Assembly (NCBI GenBank): GCA_965240325.2
Contig: OZ251228.1
Location: forward strand, 1,612,001-1,676,000
Reading direction: 5' to 3'
From: Rebecca billardiae RCC1528
Lineage: Eukaryota > Protista > Haptophyta
DNA: 64,000 nt
A program made the translations under genes and the position numbers. Numbering within the stretch: position 1 is the stretch's first letter; every line of letters begins with the position of its first letter. Of the stretch, positions 10,134 to 21,937 are shown one piece after another. The notes beneath the pieces were generated by a model. The model worked only from the letters and a program-made list of their open reading frames with translations. It was not told the origin of the DNA and ran no database searches.

Positions 10134-12566
10134 CTACGACGCCGGCAGCACCACGCCCCCGCCCGCGCGCACGTACGGCCCCGTGCGGATCCACGCGTTG
10201 ATCGCGTACTTGTGCCCGAGCTGCGGCGGATCCGCCGCGTGCATCGTGCGCTCGTCCTCAAGCCCGTGCTCGTCGTGGTTGTCGAAGACGAGCGCCGCGT
10301 TCCTCTCAGGCCGGATCGACAGCCCGAGCCGAGGGAAGCGCGTGTGCCCGCCCGGGTCGGCCGGGTCGAGAGAGTTGAGGTACAACAGGAAGGTGGTCAT
10401 GCGCTTGGCGCCTGCGAGCGCGCGCGGCACGGCGCGCGGCGGGAGCGGGGGGCGGCAGCGCGCACGGCACGAGCAAGGCGCGGCCGGGCAGCCGGCCAGG
10501 CAGTGGCGTCGGGCGATGAGCGCCCACGCCGCGCGAGCGCGCCCGCGATGCGACGCTCGCCCGCGCGCACGGCGCGCGCGCCGCCGCCTCGCGCGGCGCG
10601 GCGCGCACCGCTGAAGCGATTGGACAGGTCGCAGCTGTCGAGGTAATCCGCGTGCAGCTCGTGCATCTCCGTGGGCGCGTAGTGCACGGCGTTCAGGTTC
10701 TCGATGTGCCCCCTCGGCACGCGCGCCGCCTGCGCGATCAGCGCGTACACGCGCTGCACCATGGGCACCTCGCGCGGCAGATAGGCGACCGAGGAGTTTT
10801 GGAACGTGGCGCGGTGCGTGGACAGCGCGGGCGCGCGGTGCAGCAGCGGCTGGGCGATCGCGATGAGCGCGGCGGACTCGTCGTCGGTGAGGAAGTCGTG
10901 CAGCAGGCGTACGCGCGGCGTGCTCAGCACGTGCTCGACGCGCACGTGCCGCACGCCCACCCCGGCGCCCGGGACGGCAAGCCGCAGCACGTGCCGCGCC
11001 CCGCCAACCCAAGAGTCCACACGCGGCGTCATCGCATGGTGCCTGCGCCGCGCGCGAGCGCAAGCGCGCGCGGGCGTGGCAGGCGCGCAGGCGGGCGGGC
11101 GTGAGCGGGGGCATGCGCGCGCGGCGAGCGCGAGCTCGCGCGAGGGCGAGAGGGCGTGCGGCGACCATCCCATCGCCCTCCCACCCCCAGCCCTCCGCCC
11201 GCCCGCCCGCGCCCGCCGCTGCCGCCGGAGAATTGAATAAAGCTGAAGGCGCGTGCGGCGCCCATGCTGCCTGTGCGCACCTCTGCTGGCACGCGGTGAA
11301 GTGCGCCGGGCCGAACCCGCTGAGGAGCCGCCGGCGCCACAGCGCCGGGGGCTCGTCGGCGCGCCACGGGCCCCCGGCCATGCACAGGCTGCGCAGCGTC
11401 GTCTGTCCGCCGAGCGCCTCGAGCGGGGCCGTGCCTGGGACCGCCTGCGCGGGCGTGCGATCTGGGAACCGCCTCAGCAGGCGCAGCACCGACTCTGGCC
11501 GGTGCGCCGAGCACGTGTGGAAGCAGCGCTGCAGGGTCTCGACGGCCGCCTTGCCGCTGCAGTGGCCCGAGGCGTGCAGCGAGGCGCAGTCCGGCCGCTG
11601 GTCGACGAGCGGTACGCAGAGCGGCGTCACCGGCCGACCCGCCTCGCCGAGTAGCGAGCGCCACCGCTCGGCGAGCTGAGCGCTGCTCAACCTGCCGGCG
11701 CCAGCCGCTGCGTCCGAGCCCGGCTCGGCGGCCGCGCCTGCGGCGGTGGCGAGCGCGCCACTCGCCTGCGCGACGTCGGCCGCGCCATCGAGCGGCTGCG
11801 CGCCCTCTCCGCCGTCGCCGCTCTCGCGCACCCCATCCCCGCCACCGAGGCCCGCGGCGGCAGCCGCGAGCGGCCCTGAGCTCAGGATCGCTCCGCGCGC
11901 CTCCGACGGCGCAGCCGACGCGCCCTTGGCTTGCGGCGCGGCGCCAGACGGCTGCGCGGCGCTGGCGTTCACGAGGCGCATGGCGGCGAAGTAGCGCGCG
12001 CAGCTCGCGGCGCACTGCTGCTGCATGAACGCCATCGAGCGCTGGCACTCGCCGCTGAGCGCCCAATGGCGACAGTGCTTCTGCATGTCGCTGGCGCCGT
12101 AGCCGCACGTGGCGGCGCAGTGGATCTGCATGAACGGCACGCTCGCCTCGCAGTCGCCGTGCTGCTTCCACTCGGCGCACTGCTCGTCGGAGTGGGCTGG
12201 CGTCACGTTCAGCTCGCCCGAGAGCACCGACTGCTCAGACTGCTGCGCGGCAAACGAGCGCGATCGGAAGGACGGGCGCTCGTCGCCGTGCGACTTGCAG
12301 CTCTTGCGGCAGCTGTGCAGCATGTAGACGGGGTTGCGCACGCACTCGCCCTGCGTCGCCCAGAACAGGCAGTTCTCGTTCAGGTCGACCGCCTTGCCCG
12401 AGCCCAACGCGCCGCCCGCCACATGGATCAGCACTGCGATGAGCGCGCCGCTCGCCAAGCCGACGAGCGTCCAAAACTCCCAATCGCCGGCGCCCCGCGC
12501 GGGCCCGGCAGACGAGGAGCCCCCGCGCGCCGCGCGCACGCCCTTCTTCGACGAGCGGGTCGTCAT
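10134..12566 (-). CDS. Prolyl 4-hydroxylase alpha-like 2OG-Fe(II) dioxygenase with N-terminal TM anchor and 3-4 ShK domains
   Basis: TM segment FWTLVGLASGALIAVLI. ShK repeats such as DLNENCLFWATQGECVRNPVYMLHSCRKSC. P4H motifs PRVRLLHDFLTDDE, HADY (HxD), RMTTFLLYLN, GGHTRFP, TMHAADP and KYAINAWIR. Introns about 11044-11280 and 10412-10608. Confidence 0.88.
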   Translation of the reverse strand: MTTRSSKKGVRAARGGSSSAGPARGAGDWEFWTLVGLASGALIAVLIHVAGGALGSGKAVDLNENCLFWATQGECVRNPVYMLHSCRKSCKSHGDERPSFRSRSFAAQQSEQSVLSGELNVTPAHSDEQCAEWKQHGDCEASVPFMQIHCAATCGYGASDMQKHCRHWALSGECQRSMAFMQQQCAASCARYFAAMRLVNASAAQPSGAAPQAKGASAAPSEARGAILSSGPLAAAAAGLGGGDGVRESGDGGEGAQPLDGAADVAQASGALATAAGAAAEPGSDAAAGAGRLSSAQLAERWRSLLGEAGRPVTPLCVPLVDQRPDCASLHASGHCSGKAAVETLQRCFHTCSAHRPESVLRLLRRFPDRTPAQAVPGTAPLEALGGQTTLRSLCMAGGPWRADEPPALWRRRLLSGFGPAHFTACQQRCAQAAWAPHAPSALFNSPAAAAGAGGRAEGWGWEGDGMVAARPLALARARARRARMPPLTPARLRACHARARLRSRAAQAPCDDAACGLLGWRGAARAAACRPGRRGGRAARARRARAEHAARTPAARLPHRRRVRRAHRDRPAAAAPRARAVHAPRHVPKLLGRLSAARGAHGAARVRADRAGGARAEGAHREPERRALRAHGDARAARGLPRQLRPVQSLQRCAPRRARRRRARRARGRASHRGRARAAWALIARRHCLAGCPAAPCSCRARCRPPLPPRAVPRALAGAKRMTTFLLYLNSLDPADPGGHTRFPRLGLSIRPERNAALVFDNHDEHGLEDERTMHAADPPQLGHKYAINAWIRTGPYVRAGGGVVLPAS

Positions 12567-12747
12567 CCACCCGCCGTCCGCCTGCGTGGGCGCCCGCTCA
12601 CGACGATGGCGACCCCGCCGTGGTCGGCACGCAGGTCCTACAAGTGGTTCCGGTGCAAGACAAGACGCAAGCTGAGCTTTCGGTTGCGACTTGCGCCCTC
12701 GCGAGCGGCGGCATCGCGGCGGCCGGCGGCACCGCGCTGGCGCGAAC

Positions 12748-15151
12748 ATGTTCCGATGCTGCATGGGTGGCGACAAGGGCGGCGCGGCGGGTGGCGAGGA
12801 GGCGAATCGTGACACCATCGACGAGGCGAATGCCGCCCCAGCACAGCCCACGGAGCGCGCGGAGGCGCCGACGGCGGGCTCGCCGCGCAGCGCGCCGCGC
12901 GCTCCGCCCGGCTCCGGGCTGCTCAAGCGCGCGGACATTCGGTCGTTGCCCCTCGCGGAGCAGGAGCGCGTGTGCGACGCGCTGGACGAGATGGTGCGCA
13001 CCGGCGAGTACTTCCGCCTCGCCTCGTACCACGGCTGGCCGAACGAGTTCTGCGCGCACAACGAGGAGCACTTCCCGGTGTGGCACAGAGGGTACCTCGT
13101 CGAGTTCGAGCGTGCGCTGAGCCAGGCGGACCGCTCGCTCGGCCGCGACGGCTCGATCGGGCTGCCGTACTGGGACGGCGGCCAGCCCGTCGTGAACGGC
13201 GAGACGCTCCCGGCCGTCCTGCGCCGCCGCTGGGGCACGCTGCCGAGCCAGCTCCGAGATCAGATCGCGCGCCACCCGCAGGCCGCGGGCGCGGCGCGGC
13301 TGCTCGAGACGGGGTACGCGCTCCACGGGGAGGCGCGCGTGCGGCAGGGCATCGCGCCGATGGCGCAGCGCTACGCGCTCTGCCTGCTCGAGGCCGAGCA
13401 CTGGCGGCACGCGTCCAACCGCTTCTCCGGCCGCGCGGGCGGCGTGTCGCTTGAGGACCCTCACAACACCGGGCACGTAGCGCTTGGCTTCCCGATGACG
13501 TCGGTGGGCTTCGCGGCGTTCCACCCGATCTTCTTCATGCACCACTGCCAGGTGGACCGCGTGTACGAGTCCTACCTCCGGACCGAGCCGGACTCGGCGG
13601 CGGAGTTTGCCGCGACGCAGGCGATGCTGCAGGAGCAGAACGCGGAGGGCAACCGGTTCGTCGCGCCGCTCGAGCCGTTCTCGCATCCGCGCACCGGCGC
13701 GCAGCTAGTGCCTGCGGACTGCTTCGACGCGCGCGCGCTCGGCTTCGAGTACGACGCGCTGCTCGCGCCGCCGCCCGTCGAGCGCCAGCTCCGCGAGCGC
13801 CCCACCCTTGTGCTGCTGCCCGCAGTCACCAAGGGCATGACGAATTTCCGCTCGTTCCAGCTGCATGCGTTTGTGGTGCCCGCGGCCGAGGCTGCTGCCT
13901 TCCACCCGCCAGCCGCGGCGGAGGGCGTCGAGCTGTGGGCGCAGCACCCGGCGTACGGCGGGACGGGCGCGCACTTTGGCGGCAAGGGTGCGCGCGCGCC
14001 GCCATCCCCCCCCCCGCGCGCGCGCCGCGCCGTCGTGCGCCCAACCGCCCGAAGGGGGCGGCGCGCAGCGCGCACGCGCGCTGCTCATCAGCGCACGCGC
14101 GCGCGCGCTCACGCCAACCCGCGCGCGCGCGCCGGCGGTGCTCGCGCACGCAGGCGCCGAGTGCGCCAACTGCCTCGACGCCAAGCCCTTTGACATCACA
14201 ATCGACGTGAGCGACGCCGTGCGCCGCGCGCGCACGCCGCGCTCCGAGCTCGTCGCCGTCGTGCTCGCGCTCGGCGAGGATGGCGAGCTGTCGCGCGCCG
14301 AGCACGTCGGCCTGCCCGCGCCGCGACTCGTCGGACCCACGTTCGAGTCGGAGGCGCCGATCGCGCTGGGCGCGCACGGCGCGGACGTCGCCGCGGCGCA
14401 GCGGCTGCTGCACAAGCTTGGCTTTGCCGAGGTGTGCGGGCGCGTCGACGGCGAGCTCGGCCCGCACATGGCTGCCGCGCTCAAGCTGTACCAGCGCTCG
14501 CACGGGCTCGAGCGCTCGGGCGCGCTCGACGCGGCGGTGCGCGCGTCGCTGGTGCGCACGCGCTTCGACCTGCACAGCGAGCTGCCGGGGGAGGACGACA
14601 CGCCGCGGCGCACGCCGCAGGGCGAGCTGCTGAGCGAGGCCGCGCGCGTGCCCTACCACGTCGGCGTCAGCCCGGGGTACCTCCCGCGCGCGCGCGCACT
14701 CGAGGAGATCACGTCCGCATTCGCGCAGTGGGCGGACGCGGGCGGCGTGAAGTTTGTGCGCGTGGCGGAGCGCGCGGACGCGCTCATCGTCGTCGAGTGG
14801 TCCGACAACACGCGGCAGAACGAGCTGCGCTTCGACGGCCCGGGCGGCGCGCTCGCCATCGTCGACGTGCCCAGCGGCGCGCAGGCCGGGCCGCAGCCGG
14901 CCCCGTGGCACCTTACGCTCGACGCGAGCGAGCGCTGGACGCTGCAGGGCGAGCCAGAGCCTCGGCCCGGCTCCTTCGTGCTGCTGCCGGTCGTCCTGCA
15001 CGAGGTGGGGCACCTGCTCGGGCTGGCGCACTCGGCGGCGACGGCGGACGAGGTGATGAGCCCGTACTATGAGCCGGGACGCGTCAGGCTCAGCGCGCGA
15101 GACCGCGCGCGTGCGCACGCTCTTCAGTCCCCGCAGCGCTTCAGCCGGTGA
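12748..15151 (+). CDS. Tyrosinase (type-3 copper) + tyrosinase C-terminal domain + PG-binding-like domain + matrixin (M10) metallopeptidase fusion; 2 exons
   Basis: CuA: SYHG, CAH, FPVWHR; LPYWD; CuB: PHNTGH, HPIFFMHHCQVDR; CANC. PG_binding-like DVAAAQRLL..DGELGPHMAAALKLYQRSHGL..G.LD. M10 motifs FDGPGG, HEVGHLLGLAHS and Met-turn VMSPYY. GT-AG intron 13988-14153 joins the two reading frames. Confidence 0.88.
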
Positions 15152-15181
15152 CTCGGGTGAGACAGAGACGGGTGAATCCGT

Positions 15182-18100
15182 TAGGGGGGCCCACTGGCCG
15201 CTGTGAGGCTGGCGCGCCACTGTTAGAGGCCTGTCTACGAGGGTCAGACGCTCAAACTTGGACTGGTTTATGACTCTAGGTACCTAATGGGACCAATCAG
15301 ACACGTTGGTGCAGTCATCAGAGGATTGTGCTCGGCCGCGCGCCAAGCGCGCGGCCGCGCCGGCCCCACGCGACCCGTTCGGCAGCAGTCGGTGGGGGCA
15401 GCGGCGGCGCGAGACTTCGCCGCGGCGGCCGCCTCGGCGCTCTCACGGCCGGATCCGGCGTCAGAGAGTCGTCAGCCACTCGCCCGTGCGCGCATCCTGC
15501 AGATCGTACACAGGTACCAGCGCGTCCGCGTCATCGAGCGCGGTGCGGACGACCGCCACCTCGTTGCCGCTGAGCAGCTTGCTGAGCTTGCCGTAGCTCC
15601 AGACGCGACACGCCTCGTCGTCGATCTCAGTCTCCAGCAGCGCGCGCACGAACAGCCCCTTCTTGGCCGTCGACGGTGGCGGCGCCTTCGACAAGATCGC
15701 CTCGCGCGGGACGACGCGCGGCTCGGCACCGACGGGCTCCACGACGTACTTGTCGGCGCTCTGGTCGACGCTCTTGATGACGCCCGAGAAGGTGTCCGTG
15801 TCCTCCGAGTCGGACGACACGGGCAGCTGCACGATGACGCGCGTGCCCACCTCGAGCGGAGAGTCGATCAGCGCCTGCACCTTGTCGTCCCACGCGATGA
15901 GCGCCTCGCCGTCGGCCACCTTGAGGAGCTGGTCGAGCATCGCCATGGTCTCAGCGTCGTTCGAGAGGTCGGAGAGCGGCTGCCAGGAGGGCGGCCAGTG
16001 CTTGAGCTCGGGCCGGCCGTCGTCGTCCTCGATCGCGTAGCCGTCCTCGTCCACCTCGTCGGTTGGCTCCCAGCCCACGAGCACCTCCGGCCCCGTGGCG
16101 CCCATGCGGAAGTCGTGCAGGCCCGTGATGTCCCAGTACTGCCTCCGCTTCGGCTTCGGCGCCCGCCGCCGCTTGGCCGCGGGCTCGCCAGTGCCGCGCC
16201 GGCGCGGAGCGCCCTTCTGCGAGCGCGCGATGGGGTGTGGGCGCCGGGCGCGAGCAGCGATCAGACACGCGAGGCACGCGCGCTACGGCGAGGGCACGCG
16301 CCGGCAAAGCTGAGCGGCGCGGCGCGCACCCGGCCCGCCGACTCCATCAGCTGGGCGTACGGCACGTCCTTGGCCGCCTCGCCATACTTGCCCACGACGA
16401 GGTCGGCGAGCATCCCCATCAGCTTCTCCTTCTTGCCCGACCTCGACTTGGGCACGACCTTGGACTTGTCGACGAAGCGGAAGACGTCAATCTGGTCGAG
16501 GAGCGCCGGCGCCGACAGCGCGCTCTCCGCCGGAGCGAGCTGCGACCAGCGCGTCACGCGCGACGGCGCCACCTCCTCGACGATCCGATTCTTGTGCTGC
16601 TCCTCCTTGTCGCGCTTGGCCGTCAGCTTGGCCTTGCGCTCGAGCTTCTTCGGCCGCGAGAGCGCCGCGTGGCGCGCGAGGCGGCCGATGAGCGTGCTGC
16701 CGTTGACGGCGTCATCCTGCCGCTTGAACTTGCGGGAAACCTCCAAGGCGAGCTTCCTCTCCTCCGGGCACAGGCCAATGAGGAAGGTGCCCGTCTTGTT
16801 CGCCTTCGCGCGCACCTTGCTCGCGAGGTTGTGCGCGTTCGTCGTGCGCCCCGTGCGCTGCGCCTCGCCGAGCATCCCTGAGCGAGGCGCGCGGGCCCGG
16901 ACACGCAGGGCGTCAGCTGCGCGCGCGGCGAGAGTCGCACGCGCAGCGCGTGCGCACTGGCCGCGCACTCACCTGCGATGCGCTCACACGGCGCACCGGT
17001 CGTGTGCGCGTTGCGCAGCGCGAGCGCGCGCTGCTCGTCCAGGTCGCGCATCGAGCCGAGCAGGTCGGCGAGCGGATCGTCGGGCGTCGCGAGCTCGAGC
17101 TGCCAGCGCACGGTGAAGTGGTTGAAGCGAGTGGCGAACGCGGCGCAAAAGACTTCGATGAAGCGCTTCGTGAGATTGCACTGCTCCCAGTGCACGCCGT
17201 GCGCGCCGCGCCGCTCAGCTTCGCAGCGCTCACGGAGCAGCTCGTCCACCATCGCCATCCGCTTGCGTCCCGTGAAGAGATCCACCTCGCGCCGCATGAA
17301 GCGGGTGGCGTCCACGCCGATGGACTTGGCCACGTCGTACACGCGCGTGCAGACGTCCTGCAGCTCGGTGGCCACGGTGCCCTCGCTCTCCACGCGGTGC
17401 AGCTCGGCGAGCACCTGCGTGTAGAAGAACGGGCCGCAGATGCCCTTGGCGTAGATGGCCGCCTGGTACTCGGGCCGCGTCAGGCAGTTGTACGAGTAGC
17501 GGTGCGAGGCCGACAGCTTCTCGCCGCATGCCAGCTCGTCTTCGGTGAAGAGGATCCAGAGGTACATGAGCCGGCACGCCGCCGTGCAGTTCTGCGGGGC
17601 AGCGCCGATCGCGGGGCCAGCCGCGCGCGCGTGCGTCCGCTCAGCCGCGCTCTTGCGGCGCGGCGCGGCGTGGCGCGGCGCGGCGCGGCGCGCACCAGAG
17701 TGGTCGCGCCACCACGCGCGCCGCACGTGCGCCCAAAGCCGGTGACGAGGCCGCGGATCTGCTCCGCGGTCCAGCGGATGCCGTCATCGCGCTCGTTGTT
17801 GTAGTCAATGACGAACTTGATGAACCGCTCGAAGAGGCTCCAGTCCTTCGTCGCGACGCGCGCAAACATCTTGGTGAGCGTGTGGATCAGGTGGTTGAGC
17901 GGCCGCGTGCGCAGCGAGTAGCCGCCGCTGTCCTTCTGCACCTTACCTGCGGGCCGAGGCGGGCCGAGACGCGGCGGGGCGGCGCGAGGCGGCGGGCCCG
18001 GGCAGAGCAGACCCGGGCGGGGCGGGGCGGGGCGGGACGCGGCGGGGCGCGCGCGCGAGGTGAGTGTGTGCTGCTGCGTCCGCGCTGAGAGCGGCGCACG

Positions 18101-21100
18101 ACGGGCATCGCGCGCACCGTCCTTGGTCGCGGACGGCTGGTGCCCGCTCAGGCTCGTGTACTCCCCGTCGATAAACCCGGCGGGCAGCACCTGCAGCAGC
18201 GCGTCCTCGACGGCGTCCGAGCCCGCGGTCAGCGCGTGCATCACCGCGTGCAGCAGGCAGTTGATGTACTCAAGCTTGTCGAGCACGCGCTGCCGCCGCT
18301 CCGCCGTCGGACGGCGGCGATACAGGCGGATCGCCTCGATCAGGTCGCCGTGCGTTGTCAAGAGCTCCTCCGCGATTGCGTTCGCGCGCCGCTCGGGCTC
18401 GGGCGCCTTCTCCTCCTCCTCCGCCTCCGCCTCCGCCTCCGCCTCCGCCTCCGCCTGCACCTCCATCGGATCGGCGCCGGCGCGCTCGTCCGGCCGCGTG
18501 GTCTCGGCGGTGCTGCCGCCCTCGTTGCCAGTCACCGGCGCGCCGTCGCTAGCGAGCTGCGCCGCCGCGACGTTGAAGGACTGCTGCACCGTCTGGCCCT
18601 GCTCATCCACCACGGTCACGGTGAAGCTGCCGGCCTGGCCGTCGAGCGCGCGCGCCAGCTCGAGCGCGATATCCTTCTGCTCGTCCGCCAAGGCAGTCGC
18701 CTGCTTCATGATCCCGAGCTGCTCCGCCGCCTTCTGCTCGGCCGAGGCGCTGTCCGTGATGACGACGCTCAAGATCCGCTCCGAGATCAGATCGCTCTTG
18801 GCGAGCGCGACGCCGTCGATCGCCCCGACGCCCAGGCCAGTCAGGTGCGCGACGACCTTGGCGATCTGCTTGAGCGCCTTCGAGTAGCCCGTGGCGATAT
18901 CCTTGCCCGTGTCGTGTCCGTCGGTATGCAAGATGTGCAGCGCCAACGAGCCGCTCTCCGTCCTGAGCGTCGCCATGTTGAAGTGCATGCCGGCAGTCGC
19001 CGCGCCGTCGAAGCAGGCGGCTCCAGCGACGCCCTCCGGGCCCTCGCCGCGCTCGATGGCCTTGTTGAGGTCGGCGGAGATATGGACCGCGGCTTGGAAG
19101 TCGGCGACATGGTCACCGAGCGCAGTAAGCCGCTGCGCCGTCGTGCGGCTCGGGATCCCGACCACGGCGCGGCTGCCGTCCTTGCGCGCCCGCTTGCTGC
19201 GCGCGCCGTCCATGTTGATGCCAGCGGCCTGCAGCAGCGTCTCGGCCGCCTGGGTCAGCCTGTTCGAGGCGATGCCCAACTCGGTGTTGCACTGGAGGAA
19301 CGCCGCCTGCAGATCGGCCCCTGCGAGCGGCGGCGAGGCGCACAACGCGGGGGATGGGCCGGTGAGTGGTGCAGCCGGCCGCGCGCGGCGGCGGCGCGCT
19401 CGACGCCCGTCCGCGGCCGCACAGCCGCGCGGCCGCACGCGCGCGCTGCGGCGCGGCACTCACTCCTCTTGCGCATGTCCTTGGCGGTCGGGTTGGACAC
19501 GCTGCGGCTCGCGCCGAGCTGCTGGTTGAGCTTCTTCACCTCAGCATCGGCTTTGCAGAGCTGCGAGCTGAGCTCGTCCCGCTGGGCAGTCGCCGCCTTG
19601 TGCGCCGCCTCCGCGTCGGCAAGCTCGCGCTGCGTGTCCTCGAGACCGGCCGGGTCGATGATCCGCTGCTCGAGGTCGAGAGCCTGCTCGCGCGCCTCCT
19701 GGAGCTTGCGCTCCGCCTTCTTCGACTCCGCGTCGGCCTGCCTGCGCGCATTCTTCACCTCACGCTTGGCCTCGGACTTGGCGTACGCCGCCGAGCCCGC
19801 CGCGCGCTTGGCCTTGCTGTTTGCGCGCTCGGCGTCGCCCTTGAGCTTCACCTTGTCCGCCTCGAGCTGCACCACCTTCGCCTCGCTCTGGCGCAGCTGC
19901 GTCTGCATCTCCGGGCCTCGCAGCCGCTTCCGCGACTCGAGCGTGCCCTTGAGCGTCTCGATCTTCTCGGAGTGGTTGGTGGAGACGGACCGCCAATACC
20001 CGCACGCCTTCCTCGCGGCCACGAGCTGCTTCTGCTTGCTCTTCAGCCCGTTCTCCGTGCGCTGCGTCTCGGCGCGGGCGCGCTCCGACTCGATGCGCGC
20101 GGCGTCGGCCGCCTTTACCGCCTCGCCCAGCGCCGCCTGCACCTTCGCCAGCTCCTCCGCCTGCTCGTCGATCGTCGCCTGCAGCGCCGCGCGCTGCTGC
20201 TCGAGCTGCTCCGCGTGCGCGCGCTCCGCCTCCTTCAGCGCGGCCGCCTGCTGCTTCTTCCGCTGCTCGAGCTGCTCGAAGGCGTGTTCGGCCTTGTCGT
20301 CGCTGCGCACCGCGGCGAACACGATCTCCTCATTCTGCTTGACCGCGTCGGCCACGCGCCGCTCGGCCGCGGCCAGGTCCTTCTGGTGCGCCGCGCGCTC
20401 GCGCTCCCAGCGCTTGCGCTCGTCCTCGAGCTTGCGCGTCGCGCCGAGCTCGCGCTCGGCGGCCGCCGCGAGCTGCTGCTCGGCCTGCTCGAGCTGCTCG
20501 CCGAGCGCGGCGCACTCGAGCTCGATGGCGCGGCACTTGGTCACGGCGGCATCGCACTTGTAGTACAGCCCCTCGTACGACAGCGGCACGTCCGGGCGCT
20601 TGCCCTCGCTGCTGATGCGCACGGCATCGCCCGCGATCCTCGGCGGCTGCAGCTCGGGCGGCGGCTGCCGCTGCGCGCGCGTGCGCGCGCGCGCCTCCTC
20701 GAAGCTCACCAAGCCCGAGGCGGAGCCCGTCTTCACGGGCGACTGGCTGCGCGCGAGATCCCGCTGCTGGGGTGCGCCGGCCGGGCCGTGCGCATCCGCG
20801 ATCGGCGGCGTCGAGCGCGGGGTGCTGCGCGCAGCAGCAGCCGGGCGCTGGTCGGCGGGGCGCGGAGCGGCTCCGCCGAGCGCGACCGGCGGCGTCTGCG
20901 GCAGCACACGCGCGAACGCCTCGCGCGTGACGCCGGCGTCGAAGCGCGCGGCGCAGCTCTCCGCCTCCGCCTGCGCCGCGTCGGGCCGCGCCCGCTTGCG
21001 GTTGCGCTCCACGGTGCGGAGCATCGTGGCATGCCGGTCAACCTTGACCTGCAGCGCACAGCCCATCTCGCGGAGCGTGCCGTAGAGGTCGTGCTGGCTG

Positions 21101-21937
21101 TTGATCGGACGGCGAAGGGGGACTCCAAAGAAGTTCGCGACCACCAGCGAGAACGTCACCTTCTGCGAGCAGATCCCCACGTTCTCGAGGTGCGCCTTGA
21201 TCTCACGATCGCGATCGCTCGGCCTGGGCTTGTAGATGCTGCGAACGACGCCGTAGAGCGCGCGCGCGGAGTCAAAGTCGAGCTTCTCGGGTGGGTCAGC
21301 GCGCGAAGCAGAGGCAGCAGGCGATGGATACTCCTCCAGGAATCGCCGAGCGCCCTTCTCGACCGCGTACACCTTGTCCGTGGCTCCCACGGCGGAGGAG
21401 GCCTGTTTGCCGTCGCCGGACGCTCGCGCACCGTCGGCCGGCGCGGCGGCGGTGCTGGGCTCGGAAGGTGGTGAAGCCGTGCCCGACGACGCGACCACAC
21501 CTGCATACGTCTGTACCAGCACCGCGCGCGGCTGTACCAGCTCGTCCACGCCGCTGGTGCTCGCAGGTTGGGGGAAGTTGCACATCTCGATTCAAACTCA
21601 CAGCTCGCGTACTGGTCGTTCCAGATGCCACGTTCAAATTTCGAATCGCGACGGCGGTTGGAGTCCGGGTACTCGCTCCTCTCGCCCGTCCGGACTCACC
21701 GCCATGGCGACGGGGCGCCACTGGGTGCCGCATGGCGCCGCCGAGGGCGCGGGCGTCGACGCCGTCGACCTGCTGATGGCCCGACGCCGTCCAACTTCGA
21801 CGCTGAATCCGGTGCTCGCCGCGGCTCCGCCGGGGCTGTCCGGAAGAGAGGTTCAGCGGCGACGCTGACGGTCGCTGAGCGGCCCTTTTCGGGTGAAAAT
21901 CATTTTTTACGTGCGATAAATCCAGTGGGCCCACCTA
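15182..21937 (-). mobile_element. Complete cut-and-paste DNA transposon (hAT-like), 6756 bp, 16-bp TIRs, 7-bp TSD AATCCGT
   Basis: Left TIR TAGGGGGGCCCACTGG (15182-15197). Right TIR CCAGTGGGCCCACCTA (21922-21937), 15/16 match. AATCCGT sits at 15175-15181 and 21938-21944. Contains a transposase gene. Confidence 0.92.
15461..21585 (-). CDS. hAT-like DDE transposase with long coiled coil and C-terminal chromodomain-like and tandem Tudor-like domains (6 exons, ~1800 aa)
   Basis: Approximate exons 21585-19464, 19320-18118, 17947-17696, 17591-16973, 16877-16330 and 16216-15461, all GT-AG and frame-consistent. Motifs CFDG (D), VITDSASAE (D), INCLLH (CxxH) and TTGAPCERIAG (E). Confidence 0.85.

Noticed and set aside
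14345-14570. PG-binding domain as evidence of bacterial contamination
   Set aside because: This fold is the normal MMP prodomain, and the gene has a host-style spliceosomal intron.
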